A DNA stretch of 64,000 nt from Diadema antillarum (lineage: Eukaryota): contig NW_027272178.1 of the NCBI RefSeq assembly GCF_040938485.1, forward strand, positions 124,001 through 188,000, written 5' to 3'. Made by a program: the position numbers and the translations under genes. Under the pieces are notes generated by a model. That model was given only the letters and a program-made list of their open reading frames with translations, ran no database searches and had not been told where the DNA came from. Shown here piece after piece: positions 1-11,939 of this stretch (the first letter of the stretch is position 1; each line of letters starts with the position of its first letter).

Positions 1-117
1 AAACATACCGTGTTCCTTGTAACCACATAACTGTCCGAGTTGAGTGCCTTCAATTTGAGAAAAGGTGATGCCTTCACATACAACAAATCCACTACCAGTA
101 CAGCAAAATGCATTTAA

Positions 118-494
118 AGGAATCATATAGTTTTGGTTGAGCCTTAACTTCAGGTTTTTATCATTTTTTGGTGAGATGGTAAGAATCCTCTTATGAAATA
201 TGAAAGAGCATGTAATTCCAAGAGGGATTCATTGTTTATTTGATGAAAATTGTTTTTTAAATGGCTGAGTTAGCCAAAACAGAGCGATCCTAATAAAGTG
301 TGGGACCCACACTTTATTACGATTGTTTTATTTTACTCTGTTTTTGGATGGTTCAGCTATTCCAAACCCGATTTTTATTAAATAAACTTTGAATTCCTTT
401 CTATGGTATGCTCTGTACTATCTCAAAAGTGTTTTCTTGGTATCTAGCAAAAAAGTGAAAGCCCAATTTTCATCTCCACCAATGTACCATCCCT
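118..494. mobile_element. Kolobok-like non-autonomous DNA transposon (MITE)
   Basis: TTAA|AGG...CCT|TTAA termini (TTAA at 114-117 and 495-498). Related copies at about 4688-5070, 7775-8100 and 31671-31960 share internal motifs such as gatgaaaat..ttttt.aaatg.ctgag. Confidence 0.6.
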
Positions 495-1319
495 TTAATC
501 TGCTTTATACAGTCTAATTGCCTGTCACATCGGTAAAACCTCATCTTGCACATGTATTGTACAGCTTTGAAGAGTGTCTCACTGTGTGTTGTGAATAGAT
601 AAAGCATGGAAACTCACTTCCTCTGTACACATGACTATTCAAATCATGGGACCGTTTATCAAACACTGAACCATAACATTAGCTGAAAGCATAGCAACCA
701 ACAAAAACACAAAACCAACACATGTAGAGGAACCTTGTTACAGTGTATAACAAGCTGCTTGCGGTCACTGAAATTTCCTCCGACAATGTATATTTGTTAC
801 CGTATCCGATTATATCATGGATTTTAAAAAAAAGAGGTACAAGGAATCTGACCTGCAAAATTACCTAGTTTATATCATTCATGTTCCTATATCTGACCTC
901 GCTGTAATGGGGTTTCAGTGTTATGGGTAATACCTTGATTTGCAGTCTCGCTCTTGTTCTCTGAAAAATTCAGATCATACCGGTACTTTCAGGGAAATTA
1001 CAAATGTTCAATGATGCTTGTAAAAGAAAGAACACAAGTCTGGATAAAATCAGAGATGTGGAAGCAAAATTCCTTACTTTTGAATACCGGTACTTTTAAA
1101 TGGTGTTCCATTAAAAAGTTCTGTTTAACACTACACAACTGTTTCTTTGTGAAATGAAAAAAATAAGTCTTATCTAGAGAACTTTCTGATCAGAAATCTT
1201 GTCTTGTTGCTGCATAACCAAACATGCCTATGGTACAAATGTAAGCTTACATGATAAGAAATCTAAAAATTCTACATGTCCTGGGAACCATCACTTTACA
1301 CACAATGGTTACAGGGGTC

Positions 1320-1515
1320 TAGGGCAATGTACCTCCTGGGCAATTGCTCCCGACCCTTTCCCTAACCCTAACCCTAATCCTGAACCTAATTCTAACCCTA
1401 ACCAAGACTCTAATCCTAAACCTAACCCTAAGCCTAATCTTTAATTCTAACCTTACCACTAAACAGTACTAGCAGGGGAGGGGGAGGGGGGGGGGGGGGG
1501 GATAACTGCCCTGAT
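1320..1515. repeat. Small interspersed element with a degenerate telomere-like (CCCTAA)n core
   Basis: ccctaaccctaaccctaatcctgaacctaattctaaccctaacc... at about 1360-1460, flanked by short inverted agggca/tgccct motifs. A similar tract lies at about 14281-14330. Confidence 0.5.
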
Positions 1516-2967
1516 ACAGGTTCCAGTCTTCACCCTGATTTGGAAAGGTCACAGCAATTTGATGATACTTATTTCTCAGGACAAACACAAAGGAAAGGAG
1601 GTGAAACATAAAGGAAGTTCTTAATCTTCAATAAGTTTATCGTGAAATTTGATGCTCCATCTTGGGTTTAACCCAACCTGAATTTGACAAGAAAACTATA
1701 TAATTTGTAAAATAGGAAGACACAGAAAGCCAACCACAAAGAACAGAGCCAAATTATAGGAGTGGCTTATCTCCTGAAGAAACTTGACCATCAAGTCTTA
1801 GGGAATTCTGCAGCAGAAATTATCATTCTGTCACCATCACTAAATACCCCTGCATATCATCTTTAATGTATTGATGAAATATCAGGAGGGACTGGTAAAA
1901 ATAATTGAATATGCACAAATACAGAGACCAAAAAAAAAAAAATGACAACAAAGTGTGAAAGAAACAAGAACTTGAATTGCCTACGAAAGGTATTATCCAT
2001 CTCAGAACTTCCCTTCTCGTTAACAACTTACACAGTTTTTAGTTTGTAAAAATCAGCCATTATAAGGATCTTCCATTTAGACAGTTAATGAACAAAGGGG
2101 AACACATGAGAGATTTTATTTTTTTTGTTTTCTTTTTAAGTCTATGTCATGAAACACTTAGCAATGAATAGAAAAAAAAAAAAGATTTAAAAATATATAC
2201 TGGATCAAACCACAGAAATGCGGTCATGGCTTAAAATGTTAACAGGCCTACATTGCAACTAGTGGTTGTACAACTGCAGTTTATCCAGTAATGAGCATGT
2301 GATTAGGATGTGCCACACAATCAGCAGGAAGTCAGCGAGGGCAGCATATTTTACGCTGGGAAGACAGACTTGACTGGATGTTAATGTCTAAAACAGGTAC
2401 AAATGTAAGCTGAAGCACCCCCCCCCCCCCACACACACACACACACATGCATGAAATAAGCATGGTTTCGGTTGCCATGTACTAACAATGCTCAATGTAT
2501 GAGACAGCAGTGACTCTCACTCATTACTCATCCTCATATGAAGCCTGATCACGTCTGTGACAAGGTCCTTTAAGCTGTTTCACACTGAATTCTGAAATTT
2601 GATCTGAAATGTCAATAGCACTGTTGAAGAAGTGGTCTATGAGATTATTTTGTATTTTAGAATCAGCTCATAAAATCAAACTTGGGACAATTCAACCCCA
2701 TATCATTAAGGAATGAAATTTTCTGCAAGATAGACAGCAAATGTATCTCAATGGCTAATTGTGTGCTGAACAAATTTACAAACCCAACCACAACAACTCA
2801 ACTGTCATATAATAAGATACAAGCTCTTCAGAGGTCAGCCTTGGACAATGAGTTTCTTGAAATATCAGACTCTGGACAAAGAAAGCTTGACCTCAATCTG
2901 GACAAATTTGTTTCCACCATGATAAAATGGATTTATCTGCAACCCCAGTCACTGACAAGTCACCCAC

Positions 2968-5900
2968 CATATCATATGCTCCTTGCCGACTGGAAGACAT
3001 CTGATTCCCATTCCAATGACCAGACACCCTGCTGCTACCAGCACAGATAGTCGAAGACCTGTAAATGCATTGTAAACAAAATGTGTGGATTCATTTTTTT
3101 TTTTTTTGATAAAATATATTCATATTAAAACTGTTATTGATATGTCTAATACAGGGTTCGGCACTAACTTTTTTTTTTGGTCTAGTGGCCCATTCAGGCC
3201 ACTTAAGTATCATAATCTGACATTTTTGATGGCTTGAAAAAGATACATGTATGTGGTGTTCTCAAAAAGATATGTTGTGGCCCAAAATAAAAGCAAAAGT
3301 AACAATCCATTTTAATTCTTAGTTTGCTCAATCAGGCCACCAAAATATAAATTTGGTGGCCAGACACTAATTTTTAGTGGCTCCAGGCCATCGAACTATC
3401 AGTAATGTCGAGCCCTGTAGCATTTATGATTTAAAACTTAATCTTGACATTGCCTAGAGGAGACACAGTGGACATCCATAATCATCACAGATACAGCATG
3501 GGTCTTTTACTGGTTACAACGTTTGATACAATTTTCATATTACTCACACAGCCATTTTATGGGATGACTCTTTTCTTATTTGCAATTTGGCTTGCTAAAA
3601 ACATTTCACACAAAGTTCACTCGCAAACAACTGAACGTTAATACAAATACAATTGTATAAATGCAGATACCATGCAAGGTCACTGTTGGAGAAGATGAAA
3701 GATTGTTCACAGGAAAAAAGAGAAAAAAGAATACAATAGATGGTGAAAATGCAAATTACACTCATACAGGGCAAATACCGCATCATCAGTCACTTTGTTA
3801 TTTAAATCATTTTTTTCTCAATTCTTCTTTTTAATGCTTTTCACAGGTCTACCCAAAAATGGCTGCAACCCTCCCCCCCCCCCCCCTCCCTCAGTCTCCC
3901 TGGTATCATATGGACTTGTACTGTAGGTTGTGACTCTTGAGGGGAAATCTCTCACAAACTTTAGAATGACACTATCTGATATTCCTGAGAAAATAATTCT
4001 TAAAGGCACAATTTACCATTTGCAGATGAAACAAAAACCCAGTTTTAGTGCTTCAAATTACAGTAGTTCTAATATGTGAGTTAGGGATAGAAACAACCAA
4101 TGTAAAAATTGAATCAGTGTAATCAATGTTAAGTATTGTTCAATACAAAATTTGAACAATAGTTACTATAAAAAAAAAAAATTGTAGACTAAACTGTCCC
4201 AGTTACAGTATGGTTTATTGAGGAAAAAAAAGTGATATCTCTTTATATTATAAGCTTTAATGCAAAATTTTTACACGGTAGGATGTTTTGTGATACAACT
4301 GACCTACAATGTACACATACAAATCTTGTATGCATCATATGTGATATCTCAAACATTTTAATTTTAAATCACTGCTTTGAAAGTAAACTGTACCTTTAAA
4401 ACATGTATCATAAAAGAGGGTTTCATGATAAGAAACTCTTATCATCAGTCAGGGAATGATTTACTGCCACTATAAATGAACTCTGCAATTGCCAAATTCT
4501 AATAGCAGGATATCCAATTGAGCATTTGTCCTCAGTGAGTAACAATTAGAACTGAAAGCACAATTATCAGTGAAGGTTTCCTGCTGGAGTATTAAAACAA
4601 GGCTGCATGATGAATATACTGAGCTGTTTTCTAATGAAACATATGAGAATATTATCTATCCATGGTAGCCTCTCTAGATAGTGTTAGAGGGATGGTATAG
4701 AATTACTTGAGGTAATAACTAAAGATATTCGGATACCACTGACTGAAATGCTAAAGAGGTCTTCAGTTCTAAGAGGAATTCAAAGTTTATTTGATGAAAA
4801 AAATCAGTTATGTTGGCTGAGGTATCCAAAAACAAAATAAAACATAGTGATCCTATAAAGGGTGGGTCCCACCTTTTATGAGGCTTGCTTTGTATATCTT
4901 AGCCATTTCAAAACCAGTTTTCATCAAATTAACTTCGAATTTCTCTTAGAATTATATGATCTGTCATATTTCATAAAAGGTTTCTCATTATCTCAACAAA
5001 TCATCAAAAAACAAACAAACAAACAGTGGAAACTTCAAACCCCATCTCAACTGAAACTGTACTATCCCTCTAACACTGTTCTCCAGCAGGTACTGTCAAG
5101 GAGGGGATTGTCGCGAGAATATCTCATCAAAGGATGACAACACCTGGTAGGATTTGAACCCAAGACATTCACAACTAAAAATCCTCGATTATCCCCTATA
5201 CCATCGCACTCCCACAGTGTAAGAATTAATTTGGTGCTATCATAATGGTGTATTGATTGCAAACCAATTATAATAGAAAAGAAGCTGCTTCATGGAATCA
5301 AATCAATCAAAGTTCCAACATCAAACAATAACAGAAAAAAAATGAAATTACAGAAAGTGGTGAAAATAAATCAGTTGCCTTGCTGGAAAATCTACTACAT
5401 ACAACTGTAATTCTGATTTCAATTTAATTCTGTAAAACATGATATATTTGCGGCATGAAATTTTTGCGATTTGGAGCTGACGTTCTTTTCGTGGTATGAA
5501 ATTTTTGTGAATTGCCACTGGCGTTCAATGCATACAGTGTAGACGAGAACTTTTGCATGCATGTGAACATTCCTCGTTTTACAGTACATGTATATTCCCT
5601 GATATGAAGTACACAAAGATACATATAGATACTGTAGCAATGTCATCAATTCTTTGTATGCTGTATTTATTTACTCTGGACATGTATGGACTGATTGACT
5701 TTCAAAGAGCCCCTTGGGCTGGCATCAAAATGCTTAACATTTATTTAATAATTAGAAATATAAATGAGTTTCACATCACTCTCTTACAAGCCTTCATATT
5801 TACTGTACCTCCACCAAGGGAGGAGGTCATGTTTTCATAAACATTTTTGCTGGTTAGGCCATGTGCAAAATAACTCCAAAAGTTTTGAACATATTTAAAT

Positions 5901-7340
5901 GAATCTTCTGGAAAAGGTTGAGAATGACACAAGGAACAGATCATGTCATTGAATTTTGGGAGTGATCTGAGTATTTTTATGGATTTTATGAAGGAATTTT
6001 GAAATACCAGTATTGGCAGGTGGGGTCAATGAACTTGGAAGTTCAAGCTACGCATTTTGTGAGGTTTGCATGTACACTGTACATGCACTAAAGTGCGTGC
6101 TCTTGTTTCTGAGGCAAGGAAGCAGGCCGTGCAGTGGGAAGTTGATGACGTAACAAATATATATTGGGAAATCGGGCGATTTCCAGCATGCAATACTGTA
6201 CGAATGGATGAAAATCACTGATCTATGGAAGAACAAGATCAGTGGTGGAAATGAGCTACTTGGCAGAGGGCTGGGCTCTCAGAGTGCTTCTCTAGTTGTA
6301 CATGAAATGAACTCTGAATGTACATGTTACAATGGGTGCATTTATTAACTCTTTTTCTCGGCAGAAACAGGTTTTCCAAACAGCTTTCGAGGAATTTTTA
6401 GGAGTTGATAAACGCAAAGCTGTTTTGAAAGCCCTTTCGGAAAGCCTTTTCGAAAGCCGCAAATTTGTGGCTTTCCAAACAGGTTTCCTAAACAGGTTTT
6501 CAGAAATCTGTTTGTAAAAGCCTTTTGAAGTTGATAAACGCAAATCTGTTTTGAAACGGCTTTGTAGTATTGTACTGCAGTTACGAACAATGCACGCCTT
6601 GTGTATATGACCTCTTCTCCTTGGGTCGAATTGCGCAATGAAGCTGTGCAGTGACAGGCCAGTTATCGTGTTCACGAAGAGTTGATTAATGCAACTATTT
6701 TGGAAGCCGTTTCTAAAGAGCTTTGGAAACGGCTTTCGAAAGGGCTTTGGAAACGGCTTTTGAGAGCCGTTTAAACAGAGGAAAGTTGATAAATGCAGCC
6801 AATGTCACACATAATATGCAATTCAGTATCTGAACTCACAGATTTTGGCAGATATCTGTTGAGTTGAATTCTTCACTGAGAAAAATCACTGAAATTAAAT
6901 TCATCCAAATTCATGTGTTGAAGTCAATGGGTCAATATGATTACATGTACATGCAGAAAGTTCAATTTAGCGCATCAAGTCTTACCGGTGTCTTGTATGG
7001 GGCCCCATGTGTTCCAACCACTTGAGTTGGCCAGTGCCATCATGGAGAAGAGCGCGAGAATGTACCACCGGTCCGGGTATACCACATACTCCTTGTGGCT
7101 ACCAGTACTGGTTGTGAGGATCCGTGTCCGCTCATCATCCTCCCTTATTAGTGCACTATCTTCACTCAATCTCGCATTCCCGTTACCGGTACCAGAGAGG
7201 CACTGGGTGCTCCTAATCGAGTCTAATTGGGCATGGGATGCAATTTCCATGGAGGCATCTGCCATAAGCACGTCAGGTTGGCCTGACAACAAAGGTTCGT
7301 TCTCTTCCTCGTTTGGGCTCCCATAGTGCTTTCCGTTCAT
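2968..7340 (-). CDS. SLC49A4: SLC49A4/DIRC2-like MFS transporter, partial. Coding exon 7340-6986 and exon 3058-2968 identified; the exon between them and the downstream exons were not located.
   Basis: Exon 7340-6986 (355 nt, GTAAG donor) encodes ENEPLL (dileucine sorting motif) and YVVYPDRWYILALFSMMALANSSGWNTWGPIQDT, resembling DIRC2 VYGRRWLVLLLFS...WNTWGPIQ. Exon 3058-2968 (91 nt, AG/GT) encodes GLRLSVLVAAGCLVIGMGIRCLPVGKEHMIW, resembling DIRC2 [23 protein letters not shown]. Confidence 0.8.
3152..3417. mobile_element. MITE with CAGGG termini
   Basis: Start cagggttcggcac and end gtcgagccctg form an imperfect 11-bp inverted repeat. Confidence 0.5.
4004..4395. mobile_element. Kolobok-like MITE, second family
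   Basis: TTAA|AGGCACAATTTACCATT...GTAAACTGTACCT|TTAA. A sibling copy lies at about 39493-39823 (aggcattatttaccatttgcagatg...tggtaaacagtaac). Confidence 0.65.
5144..5213 (-). mobile_element. tRNA-derived SINE head (degenerate)
   Basis: Minus strand gggagtgcgatggtatagggg...gggttcaaatcctacc: A-box-like sequence and canonical B box GGTTCAAATCC, but no cloverleaf. Confidence 0.55.
5430..5584. mobile_element. Small MITE
   Basis: Inverted termini ctgtaaaac / gttttacag with TA on the right flank. Confidence 0.45.
5808..6297 (+). mobile_element. Helentron-associated (HINE/DINE-1-like) non-autonomous element
   Basis: Subterminal inverted repeats cctccaccaag (5808-5818) / cttggcagagg (6259-6269), followed by a short hairpin (gctctcagagtgc) and a ...ttctctagtt end. 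Confidence 0.5.
6334..6800. mobile_element. PIF/Harbinger-like MITE
   Basis: 17-bp TIRs gggtgcatttattaact / agttgataaatgcagcc (2 mismatches), 3-bp TSD AAT on both sides, and internal repeats of agttgataaacgca and gaaacggcttt. Confidence 0.7.
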
Positions 7341-8674
7341 TGGGACTGCAACCTTCAATGCTCAATCAGTTGACAAAATGTCAAACTTTGACGTCAATCC
7401 AACACCAGAACAGCAGTTTCAAGCAGTTGTCACGGACAAAATAGAAGACTGGCACATGCCGGAGAGAGTTCTGAGTTGTATCATGGGATCGGAGCTGCAC
7501 TTCAATCCAGTCGGAGACAAAGTCCACTCTATTGTAAGTTCAAAGGTCAAAGTAACATTTATTTCCTTCAACATCAAATCGTTACAATGAAAACTCTACA
7601 ATGACAATGGCATTTACAATATGTACATTGAAGGGGGTGTGGCACCAGAACAACAGATTAATAGGCATGCCTACTAAACAATATACACAAAACACATTGA
7701 TAGTCTACAGAGAGACATCAATGACGAGAGAGAGAGAGAGAGGGGGAGAGAGAGAGAAGAAGAAGAAGTTAAGGCTAAAGGGATAGTACAGTTTGGATTG
7801 AGACCTGGCTTCAGGCTCCTAACATTTTTTTTTTTTTTCTGAGATGATTTGAAATTGCTTATGAAATATGAAATGGCTGAAATATCCAAAACAAAGCAAT
7901 AAAAAAAGTGGGACCTATCTTTTATAAGGATATCCTCTTTGTTTTACTTGATATATGAATATATCTCAGCCATTTCAAATCTACTTTCATCATTCCTCTT
8001 ACAACATTTGGCATGCTCTGTAATATATCATTTTGTAGTTTCTTATACATAGTTTCCTTGCAAAGAGTTTAAAGCACTCCTATCCTCATCTCAGCCAATT
8101 GATTTACATTTGTACATGGCAATTCCAGAGTTTAGGGGCAGAAGGCAGTTATGACTCCAAAATGACACTCTCTGATTATTCAAATGACATAGCAGTATTC
8201 TTGCAAATGAAGGAGTAGGAATAAGGATTGAAGGAACTGAGATTACAAGAAGCTGAACTGAACTCCTCTCTCTAGCCTAGGGCTTAGGACTACAATCGTA
8301 CATGTACAGGTGAGTAGTACCTATGTAAATTTTCATACTACAACTGTAGATATTCTACACTTCTGTTCTATGAATTTGTAATACAGATTTCTAGCACTAC
8401 TACAGTGTACTATCACTGACTATACAGTCTACATGTACATTCTCCATAGATGCTGCAGAAGTTTTACATCCCAGTCATTTGCGGTATAGCCTACATCATC
8501 ATGTATTTTCCTGGGGGTGGGGGGTGGGGGTGTTTCATACAGAGTCACTTGTGAGTTCATGCAGGTCATGCAGTTGCAAGTTGGTGCAGTCGCTCCTAAG
8601 CTACCAATGTGCAAAATGAAAATCGTGTTTCTGAGCTGCTTGTAAGCTACATTGTAAGTGTGACTTGATGTGAC

Positions 8675-9967
8675 AAAACAAGGCAATCGCCAAATTGTGT
8701 CTAGCCCATTCGCGTACAAGGAATCAATATTTTTTATAACTCCCAAGAGTTAATTGACATGCTTATGACCTTTGACCTTGTGGTGACCTTCAACACCCTA
8801 AGGGACATTTACCATCCAAGTTTGGTCACAAACAGACAAAGGGATCAAAAGTAATGAGCCATAATCGAAACGCGCCATAAAAACTTAACATTGGGCCCTA
8901 AAAATTTGTTGACCCCTTTCTGTGACCTTTGACCTTGTGATGACCTTTAACTTCCCAAGGGACATCTACCGTCCAAGTTTAGTCACAAACGGACATAGGG
9001 ATCAAAAGTTATGAGCCACAATCAAAACGTGCCCTAAAAACATAACATTGGGCCCTAAAAGTTTGTTGACCCCTGTCTGTGACCTTTGACCTTGTGACGA
9101 CCTTCACTTCCCCAAGGGACATCTTCCATCCAAGTTTGGTCACAAACGGACAAAGGGATCAAAAGTTATGAGCCATAAACGAAATGCGCCCTAAACTTAA
9201 CATTGGGCCCTAAAAGTTCGTTGACCCCTGTCTGTAACCTTTGACCTTGTGGCTACCTTCAACTTCCCAAGAGACATCTACCATCACCCAAGTTTGATTG
9301 CCATTGTAGCAACATGTGCTGAGTTACGTGTGATAAGAGTCTTGCAAGTAAACTTTAACGTATGACCTCAAATGACCTTTGACCTTATCATGTGACCTCT
9401 TACGGCACCATAACATGAAGGTACCCCCAGTGCATCCATCACCCAAGTTTGATTGCCATTGTAGCAACATCTGCTGAGTTACGTGTGATAAGAGAGTCTT
9501 GCAAGTAAACTTTAACGTATGACCTCAAATGACCTTTGACCTTATCCTGTGACCTCCAACGGCACCATAACATGAAGGTACCCCCAGTGCATTTATGACC
9601 CAAGTTAGGTTGTAATCCGAGCAACTTATGTGAAGTTATTTGTCAAAAGAGAGTCTTGCAGGTAAACTTTAACATAGAAAAGAGAGTCTTGCACATACTC
9701 TTTAATATATGACTTTAAATGACCTTTGACATCATCACATGACCTCTGACAACACCATAACATGAAGATACCCCTAGTGCTTCTATCACCCAAGTGTGGC
9801 TGCCATTGCTGTAACAGTTGCCAAGTTATGCATCATAAGAGAGTCTTGCAGGTAAACTTTAACATTTGTGACGGATGACGGACGACGGACGGACGACGGA
9901 CGGACGACAGACGGACGCCATTTGGATCCCTTAGTCTCGCCTTCACCTCCGGTGGGCGAGACAAAAA
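8675..9967 (+). mobile_element. Helentron-associated (pearl/DINE-1-type) element with internal tandem arrays
   Basis: Sub-TIRs ccaaattgtgtc (8690-8701) / gacgccatttgg (9914-9925), ~157-bp repeats starting at 8766, 8923, 9080 and 9235, ~155-bp repeats starting at 9282 and 9437, a (GACG)n microsatellite at about 9876-9917, a terminal hairpin gtctcgcc/ggcgagac, and A-runs at both ends. Confidence 0.7.
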
Positions 9968-10220
9968 GTATTGCATGTTCAAGAACAAACCTGGGGCCTG
10001 TCTTATAAAGACTTGTGATAGAAATCAATCACAAGTTTTGTGTGTGCTGCAATGCAAGTTGCGATTGATTTGGGGACTTGTGATCGATTTGAAGGCTTTA
10101 TACGACGGGGCCCTGCTCTTAAGCAAATGATATACATGTACCCTGGTTCATTTCCAAGGTAAGATAGAGCTCTTTATTTCCATTTCCTTGTTTAAATCCT
10201 GAAACCTTTATTGTGAAGTG

Positions 10221-10391
10221 CAGGGGCGGATCCAGGAATTCTGTAAAGAGGGGGCGCGTTTACAAAATTAAAGGGGGGGGGGGCGCACGCACCCCTTCCC
10301 CCATTTTTTCTTTTTATTTCTTTTGTTTCAACAAAAAATAAAGGGGGGGGGGGGCGTGCACCGGTTGCGGTCCTCCCTGGATCCACCCCTG
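10221..10391. mobile_element. MITE with CAG(G/T)GGCGGATCC TIRs
   Basis: caggggcggatcca...tggatccacccctg with AAGTG duplicated on both flanks. Sibling at 32041-32170 and a partial copy near 55955. Confidence 0.65.
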
Positions 10392-11773
10392 AAGTGAAAC
10401 AAGCTAGCTATTCTGAAATCTGAAGCTTTGTAATGAGTTCTGGGCGATGCAGTTTTTGTGCATATTTTCACTTTTGAAAGAGGATGACTACAGAAAATCC
10501 TGCAAAAGTTAACTACAATTTCATATTCAAATACCATATTATTACAGAACATCAGGATCACCGCCGAGCACTTTGTCGATGAAAAAAAGGGCCAGTGTCA
10601 CTTTGCGTATGCAGTGAGAAACTGTTGACCGAAAGATTGGTCTGTATCTGGTCATCGAGGATACATTGTACATGTATGTTCCGCGGAGACTGCTTCTGGC
10701 TTCACGGCTCCCCTCCTTGGAGAGCAATAACGTCAAAAAATAAAAATAAAAGACTCCTCCGGACAGACGGATCTTTTGTCTACTTGGGGAAACTTATCAA
10801 AAGAAATGGTTGCCATAACTATACTATACACAGCCCAGTCGCTGTGGCATCTGGTCGGGCTATGGTTGCCAATGCATACTTGGTGAAGGACGGACAAAGC
10901 TATGATTCTCTGCTGTGTTCTTGGGCCCTTTTGGCTGGAGATATCCTCTCTGCATGTCCACTGAACTACAAAGTGTAGGTGTTTACCTCTCCCATGTTTA
11001 AATCTGTATGCTTTCCTGTTTTTGTTTTTGTTTTTAGTCATCTTCAGCCTGCAATGGGTCCTCAGTGGGGAGGAAGACTCTCCTCACCCTAGCCTTTGTA
11101 GAATCTACTTTGTATACTTGTACATACTGCCATTTTGTTGCTATGAGTATACGAACGACTTCACGAACAACCCTCGATTTACACGAGCAACCCAAACGTC
11201 TCGCAAAGTTACGAACAACTTGTTGAACTAATACGAACAACAGTCCTAGTTATCGTAACTTTAATTTGCAAGATTTGTAAGATTTGTAAGATCTGTAAGA
11301 TTTGTAAGATTTCATTGACTCTATCGACCCCAATATGAACAATTAACTCTACAAAGGACTTTACAAACAACATGGCGTGGGCACATACGAACAGCTTTAT
11401 CTCTTTATGTGCCACGTTCATACGACCGACTCATCCAAGGGTGTGCTAACTTAGCATATTCTGCTCGAACGCACAAACCTGCCCAAATTAATCGATAATT
11501 CGCCAAATGCCACAGTACAATAAAAAGCGTTCTTGCGATTTCGTTCCTCTTAAATTATACTTAATAGCTCTTGCATTTTGGGTGGTGATTGACTACACGT
11601 GTAGCTACAATTGTAGCAAACGGTGTTCCCTACTGAATTTGTGTGTAAATTCTAAAGTTTCTTTCACTATTTCATTGGTGTGCAAAAGTCGTGCCTTTTT
11701 ACAATAATGTTGTTAACCCGTTTCACACTGAATTCTGGATATGCCCATAGACTTAATACTGCGGGGGGGGGGG

Positions 11774-11939
11774 GGGTGTTTCACAAAGCCGTTCTTAAAG
11801 TTAAGAAGGACTTTAAGTGCGACTGGTTATCAGTTCTTGTGTGCTGTACTTATCAGAATCTCAATAATTCGGCAGCACAAGAACTGATCACCAGTCGCAC
11901 TTAAGTCCTTAACTTTAAGAACGGCTTTGTGAAACACCC
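11774..11939. mobile_element. Palindromic MITE
   Basis: Near-perfect inverted arms of ~67-70 bp (gggtgtttcacaaagccgttcttaaagttaag... / ...cttaactttaagaacggctttgtgaaacaccc) around a short spacer. Confidence 0.75.

Noticed and set aside
1-110. Possible further SLC49A4 exon near the window start (G|GTATGT donor on the minus strand)
   Set aside because: No frame resembles the expected transporter sequence and there is no good acceptor.
8429-8500. Minus-strand peptide GYTANDWDVKLLQHLWRMYM loosely resembles the missing SLC49A4 segment
   Set aside because: It lies upstream of coding exon 1, so the order is wrong. It has no usable splice sites and ends in a stop. Likely chance.
8757-9830. Regular repeats that could be read as a CRISPR-like array
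   Set aside because: Monomers are ~156-bp tandem units with no unique spacers, in eukaryotic DNA inside a Helentron-type element.
10595-10978. 127-aa ORF containing DGSFVYLG, reminiscent of an RTE-type LINE motif
   Set aside because: Only one short motif and no further RT motifs. It cannot be supported without a search.
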